DNA of 64,000 nucleotides from an uncultured Acidobacteriota bacterium (GTDB lineage: Bacteria; Acidobacteriota; UBA6911): positions 352,001 to 416,000 of the forward strand of contig CAWEJX010000004.1 of the NCBI GenBank assembly GCA_963809485.1, given 5' to 3'. The first letter of the stretch is position 1, and each line of letters opens with the position of its first letter. A program made the translations under genes and the position numbers. Under the pieces are notes generated by a model that saw only the letters and a program-made list of their open reading frames with translations, ran no database searches and had not been told where the DNA came from. Shown here one piece after another: positions 10,016 to 20,273 of this stretch.

Positions 10016-13000
10016 CTAGAACGTCAATCGCGCGACGATCATGCCTCCACGGGGGGCTCCGGCGCTTCCGGTATCGATGTAACCGAAGCCGCCCAGCGGC
10101 TTGCCCGTCGGGTCCGTAACCTGCGTTGACAGGGCATTCCCCGAAGAGGGATTGTTCGGCTGGATTCGATTGAAGATGTTGGTAAACTCTACCCTGATAT
10201 TGAGGTCGATTCCTTCCTTTATCCGGAAGATCCGTCCCAGGGACATATTCTCCACTGGACGGCGCCGGTATCTGTAATCGTCATAATATGCAGCTGCGTA
10301 TCCTATCCGGCCCGGAGGAGGATCCGCCCAGGCTTTCGGATTCAACACGAAATCCTGGTTCGGGTCGAAGCAGCTGGTGCAATTAAGATCCTTGGTAAAA
10401 TACGGCTCGCCAGGAACACGGTCTGCCCAGGGCCCGTTTAGGCCGAGGAAGGAACCAAGCCACGCATTACCAAAAAAGTTGTTGTACATCATTTGTGAAG
10501 AGTACATATTTTGCGCGCTGGGAACGCGGATGGGCCGCCCGCTCTTGTACTGGAGCATGGCGCTGATCTGCCAATCCCGAGCTATCCACGACAGCACCTT
10601 GTTGCCCCCCCATTTGGGAAAAGTATAGGTCGCGGCCAGAGTGCTCTGGAGTGGCTGCGAGAAGCTTGAAATGTGTTTGTTCAGATTCCGGTAAAGCACG
10701 TCGTTTACGTCGGCGCCAAAGCTGGCTTCATCCTCCGACCCAAGCGTAAGCTCCTTCTGCCACACAAAATTGTAGGTGAAATCGAAATTATGGGAGAACC
10801 GTTTGGTCACCCTCACCTGCAGGGAGTCGTACCAGGTGTTGCCCAGCGGCGCCCATCGGACCCCGATCGAGCCGAACTGAGGGTATGGCCGCAAGGCCTG
10901 GCCCACAGTCTCGCTCATCGGGAAACTCGGGTATGGAGCCGCAATGCGTGATTGCGCAAACATAGGAGTCGTCAGCAGGTTTCGATCGTCCGCGTTATTG
11001 ATACTGAGTCCATGAGCGGCAAGGATCTCCGGCGTCAGCCGATTGAGGTCAAGGAGGCCATTTGCCTGCCACCAGGCTCCCCGGTTCCCTACGTAGGAAA
11101 CATCCACCGCAAGATCCCTGGTAATCTCACGCTGAAATCCGATGCTCCATTGCACCTGCTTTGGGGGCCGTCCGGCGTTGTGATCGGTCAGCGTAGGGGC
11201 CGTGCCGATCAAGCCCTTAGAGACGGGTTGCTGCCCCGGATCCAAATTGGGCCACACCGGTACTATCGGTACGCCATCTTTCAGCCACATGGCGGGCTGC
11301 TTGAGCCCGGGTGAAATGAACTGGTTGTTGCCCGTAATGCCCAATGAGGCAAAGTTGTTCGTGGCCGTTTTGGAGAAGACTATGCCGATCCCGGCGCGGA
11401 ACACGGTTTTGGAGTTAATTTGGTAGGCGGCTCCAAGCCGCGGTCCGAACGCATAGGGATAGTTCTTGGCATAATCGCAGTTGCAGCGGCCTTCTCCATA
11501 GCCCTCAAATATGGTAGCCCCCGGGATGTTATCGGCCGTCGGATTGGGTGTCGTAAGCCCGAAGTTGGCCATGCGCCCGTAAGTTTCCCTCAAATACGTC
11601 TGGTAATCCCATCGGAGGCCGTAATCCAGTGTAAGCTTGCGGGTTACTTTCCAGGAATCCTGGACAAACAACGCCCAGGCTTGTTGGCCCAGGTGATTAT
11701 CAGCGGGAAGGGCGATGTTGCCACTGTTGACTGCGCCCAGGAGGAAACTGGCGTAGGGAAATCCCACGCTTTTGCCTCCCAGCCACTGATCGACAGGAAG
11801 GGCTGTCTGATTGGCGCTGATGGCAAATTGTCCATTGTTGTTATTAAGGTTCGTGGAAGGAAACCCATCCAAGGTCATTTCCGCGCCCAATTTGACGGTG
11901 TGGTTGCTTTTTACCCAGGTGAGGCTGGCATTCGCCGTTGGTCTTTCCTCCGTCATATCTGACTGCCCCATCGGACCCATGCCTACCATTCCGCCGTAAG
12001 AGCCTTGGGTCATAGACGGGAAATAAGGGAATCTGCCCTGTCCATAGGTTCCCTTCAAGCCGAGCTCTTTTTCGGTATCGAAGTTGGTGACGGGAGAATC
12101 ATCGTTAAATGTGTAATAGACCATGCCAACCCCTATGTGCAAAAGCATTGTCGGGGTTAGGGCATCGTCAAGGCTCACACGGATTGTGTTCACCGTGGAA
12201 TAATAGTCCCGCGACGACGGAATCGGCGGAGGCAGGCCATCCGCCCCTCCATATAGGATCAAATTGTGGCTTTCTGTGTTTCCATGCGAGTAGAAGCCCG
12301 ATAACTTCAGCTTGGCACTCAGCTGATAGTCGATTTTCACAGCTGGGATGGTGGTAACGGAGGGACTCTCAAATATTGGCAGGTAATTGTTGGTAAACGG
12401 GAAATCAGCCACCGAGCGGTTCGGCAGTGGAATGTAGTTCTGAATATTCAGAGCTACCGGGTCCAGTGGCGTGTAGTTCGGGCTGCCGGGATCCGTACAG
12501 ATCACATTCCGGTGCTGCCCATCACAGCCCATGAACGGCAGGCGGAATGTTTTTCCATCAACCGTCTGGGTTGTATACGGATTATATATCTGGTTTTCAT
12601 AGATGGGCTGTCCCGTCGGATCCGTCCCGATTATGTTCCCGGTCAATATGGAAGAGAAATCGCCGTTGCGATAGGCCGTTATGGGAACGGTCTGCGGCCG
12701 GTTGTTGTTGATCTGGGTTTCGCGGAACTGCTCAAAATTGAAGAAGAAGAATGCCTTGTCGTGGCCGTCATACACCCCGGGAATCCAGATCGGCCCTCCC
12801 AACGTAAAGCCGTAATCATTCCTCCGCTGCCTTGCCTTGAGGTTCGAATAGGGAGTGCTCGCGTTCAGAGCCTCGTTCACAATGTAGTCATAGGCAGATC
12901 CATGAAACGAGTTGGTTCCCGACTTCATGGTGGTGTTAAAGACCGCTCCGCCTGCCTGACCGAATTCGGCGTTATAGTTGCTGGTCTGAACGGAAAACTC

Positions 13001-13642
13001 CTGGATCGAATCCACGCTGGGGGCCGTCATCTGCGGAGTCCCGTTATACAGACCCGTTGAGGAGTCCTGGCCCTCTATCCGGAGCGCCTGGGTATTGTTC
13101 GGTGTACCGTTGACCCGGAGATACTCGTTGCTGGCCCAGCTCGATCCCGGGATTAATTGTGTTACGGCTAAGGGGTTCCGAATCCCGGACGATCCGCCTC
13201 CAACACTCACTATGGGAAGATCGTTCACGCGATCGATTTTGACGTTGTCGCTCAATTCGCTGCTTTCGGTCCTCAGCAGCGGCGCGTCGGCATTGACAGT
13301 TACGGTCTCGGCGAGGCTGCCCACCTCGAGCGGAATGTCAATGCGCAAGGTCTGCGCGACCAGAACCGTGATGCCCGTGCGGACATACTGTTTGAAGCCC
13401 GTCACCGAGGCCGTAAGCTGATATACGCCCGCCGGCAATTGAGCGAGCGTGTAGTTTCCGGTTGTTGTGCTTGCAGTCTCATACTGGGCGTCGGTTTGAG
13501 TGTTCCTCACTTCAATCTTGGCGCCGGCTACCACCGCGCCTGCAGGATCAGAGATGGTGCCGGTGATGGTACCTCGATCGCTCTGGGCAAAGGATGAGCA
13601 GGCAGCCAGAACGAAACAAACCACAATCGCGACTGAACGCAT
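10016..13642 (-). CDS. TonB-dependent receptor, Oar-like, with N-terminal carboxypeptidase-regulatory-like domain
   Basis: Signal peptide, GTITGTISDPAGAVVAGA, SVDSIQEF...YNAEFG...KSGTNSFHGS, VQDSWK...LTLDYGLRW, C-terminal ARLTF. Confidence 0.93.
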   Translation of the reverse strand: MRSVAIVVCFVLAACSSFAQSDRGTITGTISDPAGAVVAGAKIEVRNTQTDAQYETASTTTGNYTLAQLPAGVYQLTASVTGFKQYVRTGITVLVAQTLRIDIPLEVGSLAETVTVNADAPLLRTESSELSDNVKIDRVNDLPIVSVGGGSSGIRNPLAVTQLIPGSSWASNEYLRVNGTPNNTQALRIEGQDSSTGLYNGTPQMTAPSVDSIQEFSVQTSNYNAEFGQAGGAVFNTTMKSGTNSFHGSAYDYIVNEALNASTPYSNLKARQRRNDYGFTLGGPIWIPGVYDGHDKAFFFFNFEQFRETQINNNRPQTVPITAYRNGDFSSILTGNIIGTDPTGQPIYENQIYNPYTTQTVDGKTFRLPFMGCDGQHRNVICTDPGSPNYTPLDPVALNIQNYIPLPNRSVADFPFTNNYLPIFESPSVTTIPAVKIDYQLSAKLKLSGFYSHGNTESHNLILYGGADGLPPPIPSSRDYYSTVNTIRVSLDDALTPTMLLHIGVGMVYYTFNDDSPVTNFDTEKELGLKGTYGQGRFPYFPSMTQGSYGGMVGMGPMGQSDMTEERPTANASLTWVKSNHTVKLGAEMTLDGFPSTNLNNNNGQFAISANQTALPVDQWLGGKSVGFPYASFLLGAVNSGNIALPADNHLGQQAWALFVQDSWKVTRKLTLDYGLRWDYQTYLRETYGRMANFGLTTPNPTADNIPGATIFEGYGEGRCNCDYAKNYPYAFGPRLGAAYQINSKTVFRAGIGIVFSKTATNNFASLGITGNNQFISPGLKQPAMWLKDGVPIVPVWPNLDPGQQPVSKGLIGTAPTLTDHNAGRPPKQVQWSIGFQREITRDLAVDVSYVGNRGAWWQANGLLDLNRLTPEILAAHGLSINNADDRNLLTTPMFAQSRIAAPYPSFPMSETVGQALRPYPQFGSIGVRWAPLGNTWYDSLQVRVTKRFSHNFDFTYNFVWQKELTLGSEDEASFGADVNDVLYRNLNKHISSFSQPLQSTLAATYTFPKWGGNKVLSWIARDWQISAMLQYKSGRPIRVPSAQNMYSSQMMYNNFFGNAWLGSFLGLNGPWADRVPGEPYFTKDLNCTSCFDPNQDFVLNPKAWADPPPGRIGYAAAYYDDYRYRRRPVENMSLGRIFRIKEGIDLNIRVEFTNIFNRIQPNNPSSGNALSTQVTDPTGKPLGGFGYIDTGSAGAPRGGMIVARLTF

Positions 13643-14157
13643 GACAGGTATCCTCCTTTGGCTAAGTAAGGCTATACCGCAACGATGCAGATTCGCTCAG
13701 GCACTCTTCAGCTTTGTTGATGACACTCTATTGGAGCTTGAACAGTAAATATCGGAGAAGCCGGGCATTTTGCAGCCTCTCTTCAACACAGATGGGCTCT
13801 AGTGACTTGGTCAGAATCGCGAACAACAAAACGCTTTTGTGGCCGATCTGAAGTTACAAGATTAGGTTTGTCAAGAATTTCGCAAACTTTGAGCATCAGC
13901 CGGGCCCCTTGACTTTTAGCGCCGCGCGATCGCTATGCCATAGGGCCGTCCGCATGAGCCTGTGTGCCTCAAAACCTTCCCGGGCGCGCCTCCCTCATGT
14001 TTTCCGGAATCCGGCTGCAAATAACAGATCATTCAGGCCTAATCTCCACAGAAACCCTTCCGAAAAGTAGAAGAGAGCATCCTTTTAGGTGATCTGTGTC
14101 ACTGGATCGCAGGTTGCCCGCGCGCAGCGCATTGGCAACCGGAGGCTTTGTGCGCCC

Positions 14158-16492
14158 ATGGATCGATACGAATTAGCAGCCCAAGGTGCGGAAAATGGGC
14201 TCTGGGATTGGGATCTGACAACCAACCGGATTCACTATTCTCCCGGCTGGATCTCGATGCTGGGTTGCGCGCAGAGCGAGTGCAGCAATACCGCAGCAGA
14301 GTGGTTCAAAAGGATCCACCCCGAAGACCTCGAAACGGTTAGACGCGAGATTGCTTCCCAACTGAAAACGGCCTCCAAACAGTTTGAATTCCGGCACCGG
14401 ATGCTTCACCAGGACGGCTGTTACCGTTGGATGTCCTGCCGCGGCGTGATCACGCGCGATGACCGTGGACGTCCATTCCGTATCGCGGGCTGCCATGTGG
14501 ATATCACGGCCGAAATGGTTGTGGATGCCCTTACCGGCCTCCCCAACCGGCTTCTTCTCCTGAATCGTCTGGCACGATCCATCGAAAAGGCCAGGAAGCA
14601 GGGGGATTTCATTTACGCTGTCCTTGTTTTGGACCTTGGCCTTTCCGAACCGGGCGCCAACGCCCTTGGAGAGGCTGCACAGCGACTCCATCATGGTCGC
14701 GGCCGCCCGCCGCCTGGAGACTGCACTGAGGACCAAGGACAGCTCCGGCCAGGAAAGACGTGCGGACCTGGTAGCACGCTCCGGAGCCGGGGAGTTCATC
14801 ATCCTGCTCGAAAAATTGAACGAGCTGGCGGATGCGCAGCTGGTCGCCGAACGTCTGCTGAAAGTGATCCTGGCTCCCTTTACATTTGACGGCCATGCCG
14901 TATCGCTTTCCGCCAGTATCGGCATCGCCCTAAGCGCCACGGGCTACCGGAATTCCGAGGATGCCCTGCGGGACGCGAATACAGCCTTGCATCGCGCAAA
15001 ATCGTTGGGGAGATCGCGCTGTGAGGTTTTTGATACCGCCGTTCTGCTGTCAGACCAGACCCGGCAACAGCTGGAAAAGGATTTTCACGGAGCTTTGCAC
15101 CGCAAGGAGTTTCAGGTTTATTATCAGCCGATCCTGTCTCTGACGACAAATCAGATCGCGGGCTTTGAGGCCCTGGTCCGTTGGGAGCACCCTTCCCGGG
15201 GCCTGCTTATGCCCGGGGATTTTATCCCGATTGCCGAAAAAAACGGCTTTATCATACCGTTGAACCGATGGGTAATGAAGGATGCCTGCCTGCAACTGAA
15301 GACCTGGCAAATAGATCCCCGCATACCGAAGAATCTGTGGATTTCAGTGAACCTTTCCGCCAAACAATTCTCGCAGTCCTCCCTCGTGAAGGATATTCGC
15401 GAGATTCTGCTTGACTCGAATCTCGATGCCCAGGGCCTGATGCTGGAGTTGACGGAAGGGATTGTGATGGAAGATCCGGAGGAGACCCGAAACGTGCTGA
15501 TGCAGCTCCGCGTCATGGGAACAAGGATCGCCCTTGATGATTTCGGCACCGGATACTCTTCCATGGCCTATCTGCATCGGTTTCCTCTGGATTATTTGAA
15601 AATCGATCGCTCGTTTGTTATGAGCATCGAAAACACCCCCGACGCCCTGGAGATCGTCAAAACCATAAAAAGCCTGGCAGCTCAGTTGGGTCTGCGTGTC
15701 GTTGCCGAGGGGATTGAAAATCCCAGGCAGTTGGAACTGCTTCGATCCATGGGTTGTGAATACGGACAGGGCTTTCTGTTTTCCAAAGCCGTCCGCGCCG
15801 ACCAGGCGGAGTCACTGTTGCTGCATGGCTTTGCATCCCGCGAGGGACTCAATCTGCCGACAGAATCTGCCGAAGGACGCAGGACGAAAAATGGGATGTC
15901 GCGGGAATCCGCTTCAACACCCGGAATTCTGAATCCAGCTCGGGGATCAGGGCGAGTCTTCTCGCAAAGGCGCAAATGGGTTTCATTGGGATTGACGGCC
16001 TTGATCCTCCTGTTTGTAGGAGTTCTCCTTGCCAATTTGAACCTCTTGACCGCTCCGCCAAGTATCCCGACCGTAACCGGCAGACCCCGGGTAGCGATTG
16101 CGTCGCCTGAAATCGCGGAACCTCCCCCGGCTCCGGCAGCTCAAAAGGCACCGGCTGCTGTGCCGAAGGCTGCAAAGGCCAAACCCATCGAAATGGTTCA
16201 CACATTCCCGGTCAAACACGACCATTGGCTGGGCAGCTGCAAGGGAATTTTGAGGATTGCGCCGGATTCCATTGCTTTTGTTTCCGAAAGCAAGAACCAC
16301 AGCTTCGACTATAAGTACTCGGAGTGTTTTTATGCCTTGGACGGCGATGAACTGACCCTTAAAGCCGGATCCAGGATCTATCACTTCAGATCCGCCATAG
16401 CCTTTACAAAAGATGAGAACCGATCCCATCTCCTCGAAATATTCCAGGAAATTTCCAAATTGAGTCCCGGACCGGAATCAGGAACACGATGA
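14158..16492 (+). CDS. PAS-GGDEF(degenerate)-EAL c-di-GMP phosphodiesterase with C-terminal TM helix and extracytoplasmic domain (frameshift near 14660)
   Basis: GLWDWD...IHPED PAS_3; DALTGLPNR; ARSGAGEF in place of RxGGDEF; GFEALVRW, ELTE, DDFGTGYSS, KIDRSF, AEGIE, GQGFLFS; then WVSLGLTALILLFVGVLL. Confidence 0.88.
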
Positions 16493-16837
16493 GTGTCCCC
16501 AATCGCCCCAATCGCTGTTACTACCTGTACGCGCCGCTCGATCGAAATGGGCCGTTCCGGACAGGGTAGTCAAACCGGTGAAGGCAGGCGGAATGATATC
16601 AAACGTACACGCCCTTCTAGTCTCGGGCAGAATTGAATCGCGGAGCGCTGGATCGGAGGCTTCCGGAGAGGGTTACTTGATCGCATTATCGCCCTTCAAT
16701 GAATCCCCTTTGCGCCGCCTGTTTCGCCATTCCAGCGGCATTGCACCTGCTGTATGATCGGAACGAAGATTCAATGCGGGGACGTCTGAATCGGAATGAA
16801 CAATGACGATCCCCTGGGTCACCAGGGAAATGACGCA

Positions 16838-17002
16838 ATGGACGAGCGGCTCGAAAGCAATAAGCGCTTGTGGAACATTCTCACTGCTGCACACCTGCCA
16901 TCAGATTTCTACGACGTCGAGGGTTTCAGAGCCGGCCGCAATCAGCTTCTTCCCATTGAAGTCTCGGAGATCGGCGATGTCCGAGGCAAGGCTCTGGCTC
17001 AT
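16838..17002 (+). pseudogene. N-terminal fragment of a class I SAM methyltransferase
   Basis: NKRLWN...H..SDFYDVEGF..G...L.PIE..EIGDVRGK.L.H matches the start of a common methyltransferase family but breaks off before the LQCHFG motif. Confidence 0.6.
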
Positions 17003-17092
17003 CGCCTTGAAGAAATCCCCCAGCCGGCGGTGCGCAGCAATCGATTCAAAAATGTCCAGCAGAGTCCGGTATCGCGCCAGAGTACTATCCAT
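16985..17092 (-). pseudogene. N-terminal fragment of an FhlA-like GAF/sigma54 activator
   Basis: MDSTLARYRTLLDIFESIAAHRRLGDFFKAMSQSL resembles the first helices of Acidobacterial GAF-AAA activators. Confidence 0.4.
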
Positions 17093-17312
17093 GGCCCTAA
17101 CTATACTACGCGGGCAGGCGGCGCCGTCTTTATAATCTCTGGCGCATTCACAAGCTTTGTCCTAAGCTTACGACGGATCCATTCAAAAGTTCGTTGCAGG
17201 CTGTGATATCGGAACCGGCTGCTGCCCAAGTTATCGATCTGTTCCTTGCCAGGAATGGCTGCCGGAATCGATCTCGGCAAAATGCTGCCGAATCCATTCG
17301 GGAGGGTGCTTC

Positions 17313-20051
17313 ATGCGAAAGAAAGGAAACTCACGACCAAAGCTGCCGACTGTATACAATTGGAGGACTACGGACGAGGACGAAATCGCGCGACGCCGAT
17401 ATCGAGCACAAACAGAATCCTTGCGCGTCCGGAACCTTGATCCGCGCTTTCCAATTTTTTCGAATTTTGCCGTGAAATCGGAAAGCGGCTTAACCTATTC
17501 CGTAGAAATCCGCAGCATATCGCAGCGGCGGTTTTCCTGTAATTGCGTCGATTTCCGCATTAATGCGCTCGGAACCTGCAAACATGTTGAGGCAACGCTT
17601 CTCTATCTCGAAGCGCGCTATCGGCGGCTTTTCAGCCAGGCTCAGAAGAATGGTGCGGAACGAATCGATGTAGTGCCTGACATGGCGTCCGGGGCGTTGC
17701 GCATCGAGGAGAATAAACCCGGGCGCTCGCGGGCGCTTGCCCGCATGGTTCATGGTGACGGAATCCTGCAAACGGAAGATCCGGAAGAAGCTGTCGCAAT
17801 GCTGCAGCGCGCCGATATTCCTTCCCTGCGCATTTCCCAGGAGGTGACATGGTGGCTGGAGGCGCGGCGGCGTGAACAAGAACGGAAATCCGCGCTTCGG
17901 GAATATGAACAGAAAGTACAGTCCGGGCAATGGCCGGCCCAGGAAACGCTGGTGCCCCTATATCCCTATCAGCGCGAAGGCATGCGGCACCTGGCTTTTA
18001 GCGAGCGGGCTTTGCTGGCTGATGAGATGGGACTGGGCAAAACGATTCAGGCCATAGCCGCGTGCGCACTCCTTTACCGCCTCGGCAAGGCGGCGCGCGC
18101 GCTGGTCGTTGCTCCGGCCTCGTTGAAAACTGAGTGGGAAGATCAGATCCAGCGTTTCACGGACCTGGCCTATCAGCTGGTATATGGACCGAGGGGAAAA
18201 CGGCTGCGCCTGTATGCCTCCGCTCCCTTTTTCACGATCGTCAATTATGAACAGGTGCTGGCGGATGCGCTTGACGTCAACAGGCATCTTCAGCCGGACA
18301 TTATCATCCTGGATGAAGCGCAGCGCATCAAAAACTGGAACACCAAAACGGCTCAAGCGGTAAAACGGCTGCAGAGCCGCTATGCCTTCGTCCTTACGGG
18401 AACTCCTGTCGAAAATCGTATCGATGATATTCATTCTCTGATGTCCTTCCTCGATCCTTCGGTTCTCGGGCCCCTGTTTCGCTTTAACCGTGATTTTTAT
18501 GAATTGGATGAGCGCGGACGGCCATCCGGCTATCGGAATCTGGAGCAACTCCACAGGCGCATCAAGCCTTTCCTGTTGCGCCGGCGAAAAGCGGATGTTG
18601 AAACAGAACTGCCGGATCGAACGGATCAAAGATACTTTGTGTCCCTCAGTCCGAAACAGGCGGACAGTTACTCCGCACATGAGGCTCAAGTAGCACGGCT
18701 GGTGGCCATAGCAAAATCACGCCCGCTGACGCAGCAGGAATCCGAAAAGCTTCAACGGGAATTGGCCATGATGCGCATGATTTGCGACACCAATTACATC
18801 CTGGATCCCAAAGACACGACATGCCCCAAGCTTGCAGAACTGGAAAAGATTTTGGAGGAATGCCGCGGCAACGGCGATGTAAAAGTAATCGTGTTCTCCG
18901 AGTGGGCGCGGATGCTGGAGCTGGTCAAGGATCTCTGTGAGAAAATGAAGATTGGATACGCGCTGCACACGGGCTCGGTGCCGCAGCGGCGAAGACGGGC
19001 GGAAATCCTGTTGTTTAAAAACGATCCCGACTGCCGTGTTTTCCTGAGCACTGATTCCGGCAGCACAGGCCTGAACCTGCAGAATGCAAGCGTCGTCGTG
19101 AATTGCGATCTGCCCTGGAATCCGGCCCGTCTTGAACAGCGGATCGCGCGCGCCTGGCGGAAGCATCAGACGAAGTCTGTCACGGTGATACATCTGGTTT
19201 CCGAAAACACCATCGAACAGCGGATGCTCGAGACTCTCTCGAGCAAGCAGGCGCTTGCCGACGGGGTCCTGGACATGCGCGGCGACCTGAGCGCCATACG
19301 ATTCCGCGGCGGGAAGCAGGCGTTCCTCTCGCGGCTGGAGCAACTCGTCTCGCCGGCACCGAAACCTGCGGCGCCTGTATCCCGTAAACCCGCATTGCCG
19401 GTCGATCGCGGACTCGGATTCAATGAAATTGTCCGCAAGCTTCTAGGATCGGCCTGCATTCGCTGCGAGGAACGGTATCCGGCAGAAGGCACCCATTCCG
19501 TGATTGTTGTTGTGGTGGATCGGGATGCGCCTCTGTATCGTGAAAAACTGTCCGTACCCTTCGAGGAATTCTTCGGCAAGGATGTTTCGGATCCACTCGC
19601 CCCGGTGATGCTGGAGGTGATGGATCGATCGGCTGATGAAGCAATGGCGCGCCTCCTTGCAGCAGGCCTGATTGCCCCCAGCACCCGCGCAATCCGGGAA
19701 CTCGGCTTATCCGACGCGATATCCTCATCAAAACTCACAGAAGCAGAACGTCAGCTCGCTCAAGAGAATCGCCGGCAGGCGAGCCGCAAGTTGAAAATGG
19801 CGGCCCTGCTGGGCGGAGGCGGATTGCTGGAAGAAGAACGGGAAGCCCTGCTTCAGGCGGGACTTTGGCTGGGCAAGGCACTGAGCGTGGAGAATAAGCT
19901 TTCGGAACCGGCTTCGCTGGATGACACCCTTCGTGCCCCACATGCCCTTTTCTGGGGAGACCATCTCCCGGCCATTCGCAGCTATGCATTCGATCCTTCT
20001 GCTGCCGCCGCTCCGGCAACCATCGCAATGCGCTCCCTGATCGGGGACTGA
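17313..20051 (+). CDS. SWIM zinc finger-SNF2 family helicase
   Basis: CNCVDF...GTCKH (SWIM); LYPYQREG; LADEMGLGKT; DEAQRIKN; LTGTPVEN; LRRRKADV; STDSGSTGLNLQ; DLPWNPARLEQRIARAWR. Confidence 0.93.
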   Translation: MRKKGNSRPKLPTVYNWRTTDEDEIARRRYRAQTESLRVRNLDPRFPIFSNFAVKSESGLTYSVEIRSISQRRFSCNCVDFRINALGTCKHVEATLLYLEARYRRLFSQAQKNGAERIDVVPDMASGALRIEENKPGRSRALARMVHGDGILQTEDPEEAVAMLQRADIPSLRISQEVTWWLEARRREQERKSALREYEQKVQSGQWPAQETLVPLYPYQREGMRHLAFSERALLADEMGLGKTIQAIAACALLYRLGKAARALVVAPASLKTEWEDQIQRFTDLAYQLVYGPRGKRLRLYASAPFFTIVNYEQVLADALDVNRHLQPDIIILDEAQRIKNWNTKTAQAVKRLQSRYAFVLTGTPVENRIDDIHSLMSFLDPSVLGPLFRFNRDFYELDERGRPSGYRNLEQLHRRIKPFLLRRRKADVETELPDRTDQRYFVSLSPKQADSYSAHEAQVARLVAIAKSRPLTQQESEKLQRELAMMRMICDTNYILDPKDTTCPKLAELEKILEECRGNGDVKVIVFSEWARMLELVKDLCEKMKIGYALHTGSVPQRRRRAEILLFKNDPDCRVFLSTDSGSTGLNLQNASVVVNCDLPWNPARLEQRIARAWRKHQTKSVTVIHLVSENTIEQRMLETLSSKQALADGVLDMRGDLSAIRFRGGKQAFLSRLEQLVSPAPKPAAPVSRKPALPVDRGLGFNEIVRKLLGSACIRCEERYPAEGTHSVIVVVVDRDAPLYREKLSVPFEEFFGKDVSDPLAPVMLEVMDRSADEAMARLLAAGLIAPSTRAIRELGLSDAISSSKLTEAERQLAQENRRQASRKLKMAALLGGGGLLEEEREALLQAGLWLGKALSVENKLSEPASLDDTLRAPHALFWGDHLPAIRSYAFDPSAAAAPATIAMRSLIGD

Positions 20052-20273
20052 CATGGGGCACAAACAGCCGGCTGGATTGAAGGCAGGAGTAGAACAGGCG
20101 GCTGAGGAGGCAGAGCAGATATCACGCCATACTGCCGAGCGTGGAAGCGGCCGCGCAGGCCTCGGCCTGGAAGAGCAGGCGCGCGAGCTCGTACGCCACG
20201 AAGTCCGCGAAGGATTGCAGAGGACTTGAACACGGAGAACACGGAATTCTGTCCCGTGCTCTCCGTTTGATGT

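Noticed and set aside
20053-20229. 58-aa ORF directly after the SNF2 stop
   Set aside because: No recognisable motif, and it cannot be distinguished from a chance ORF or an opposite-strand remnant.
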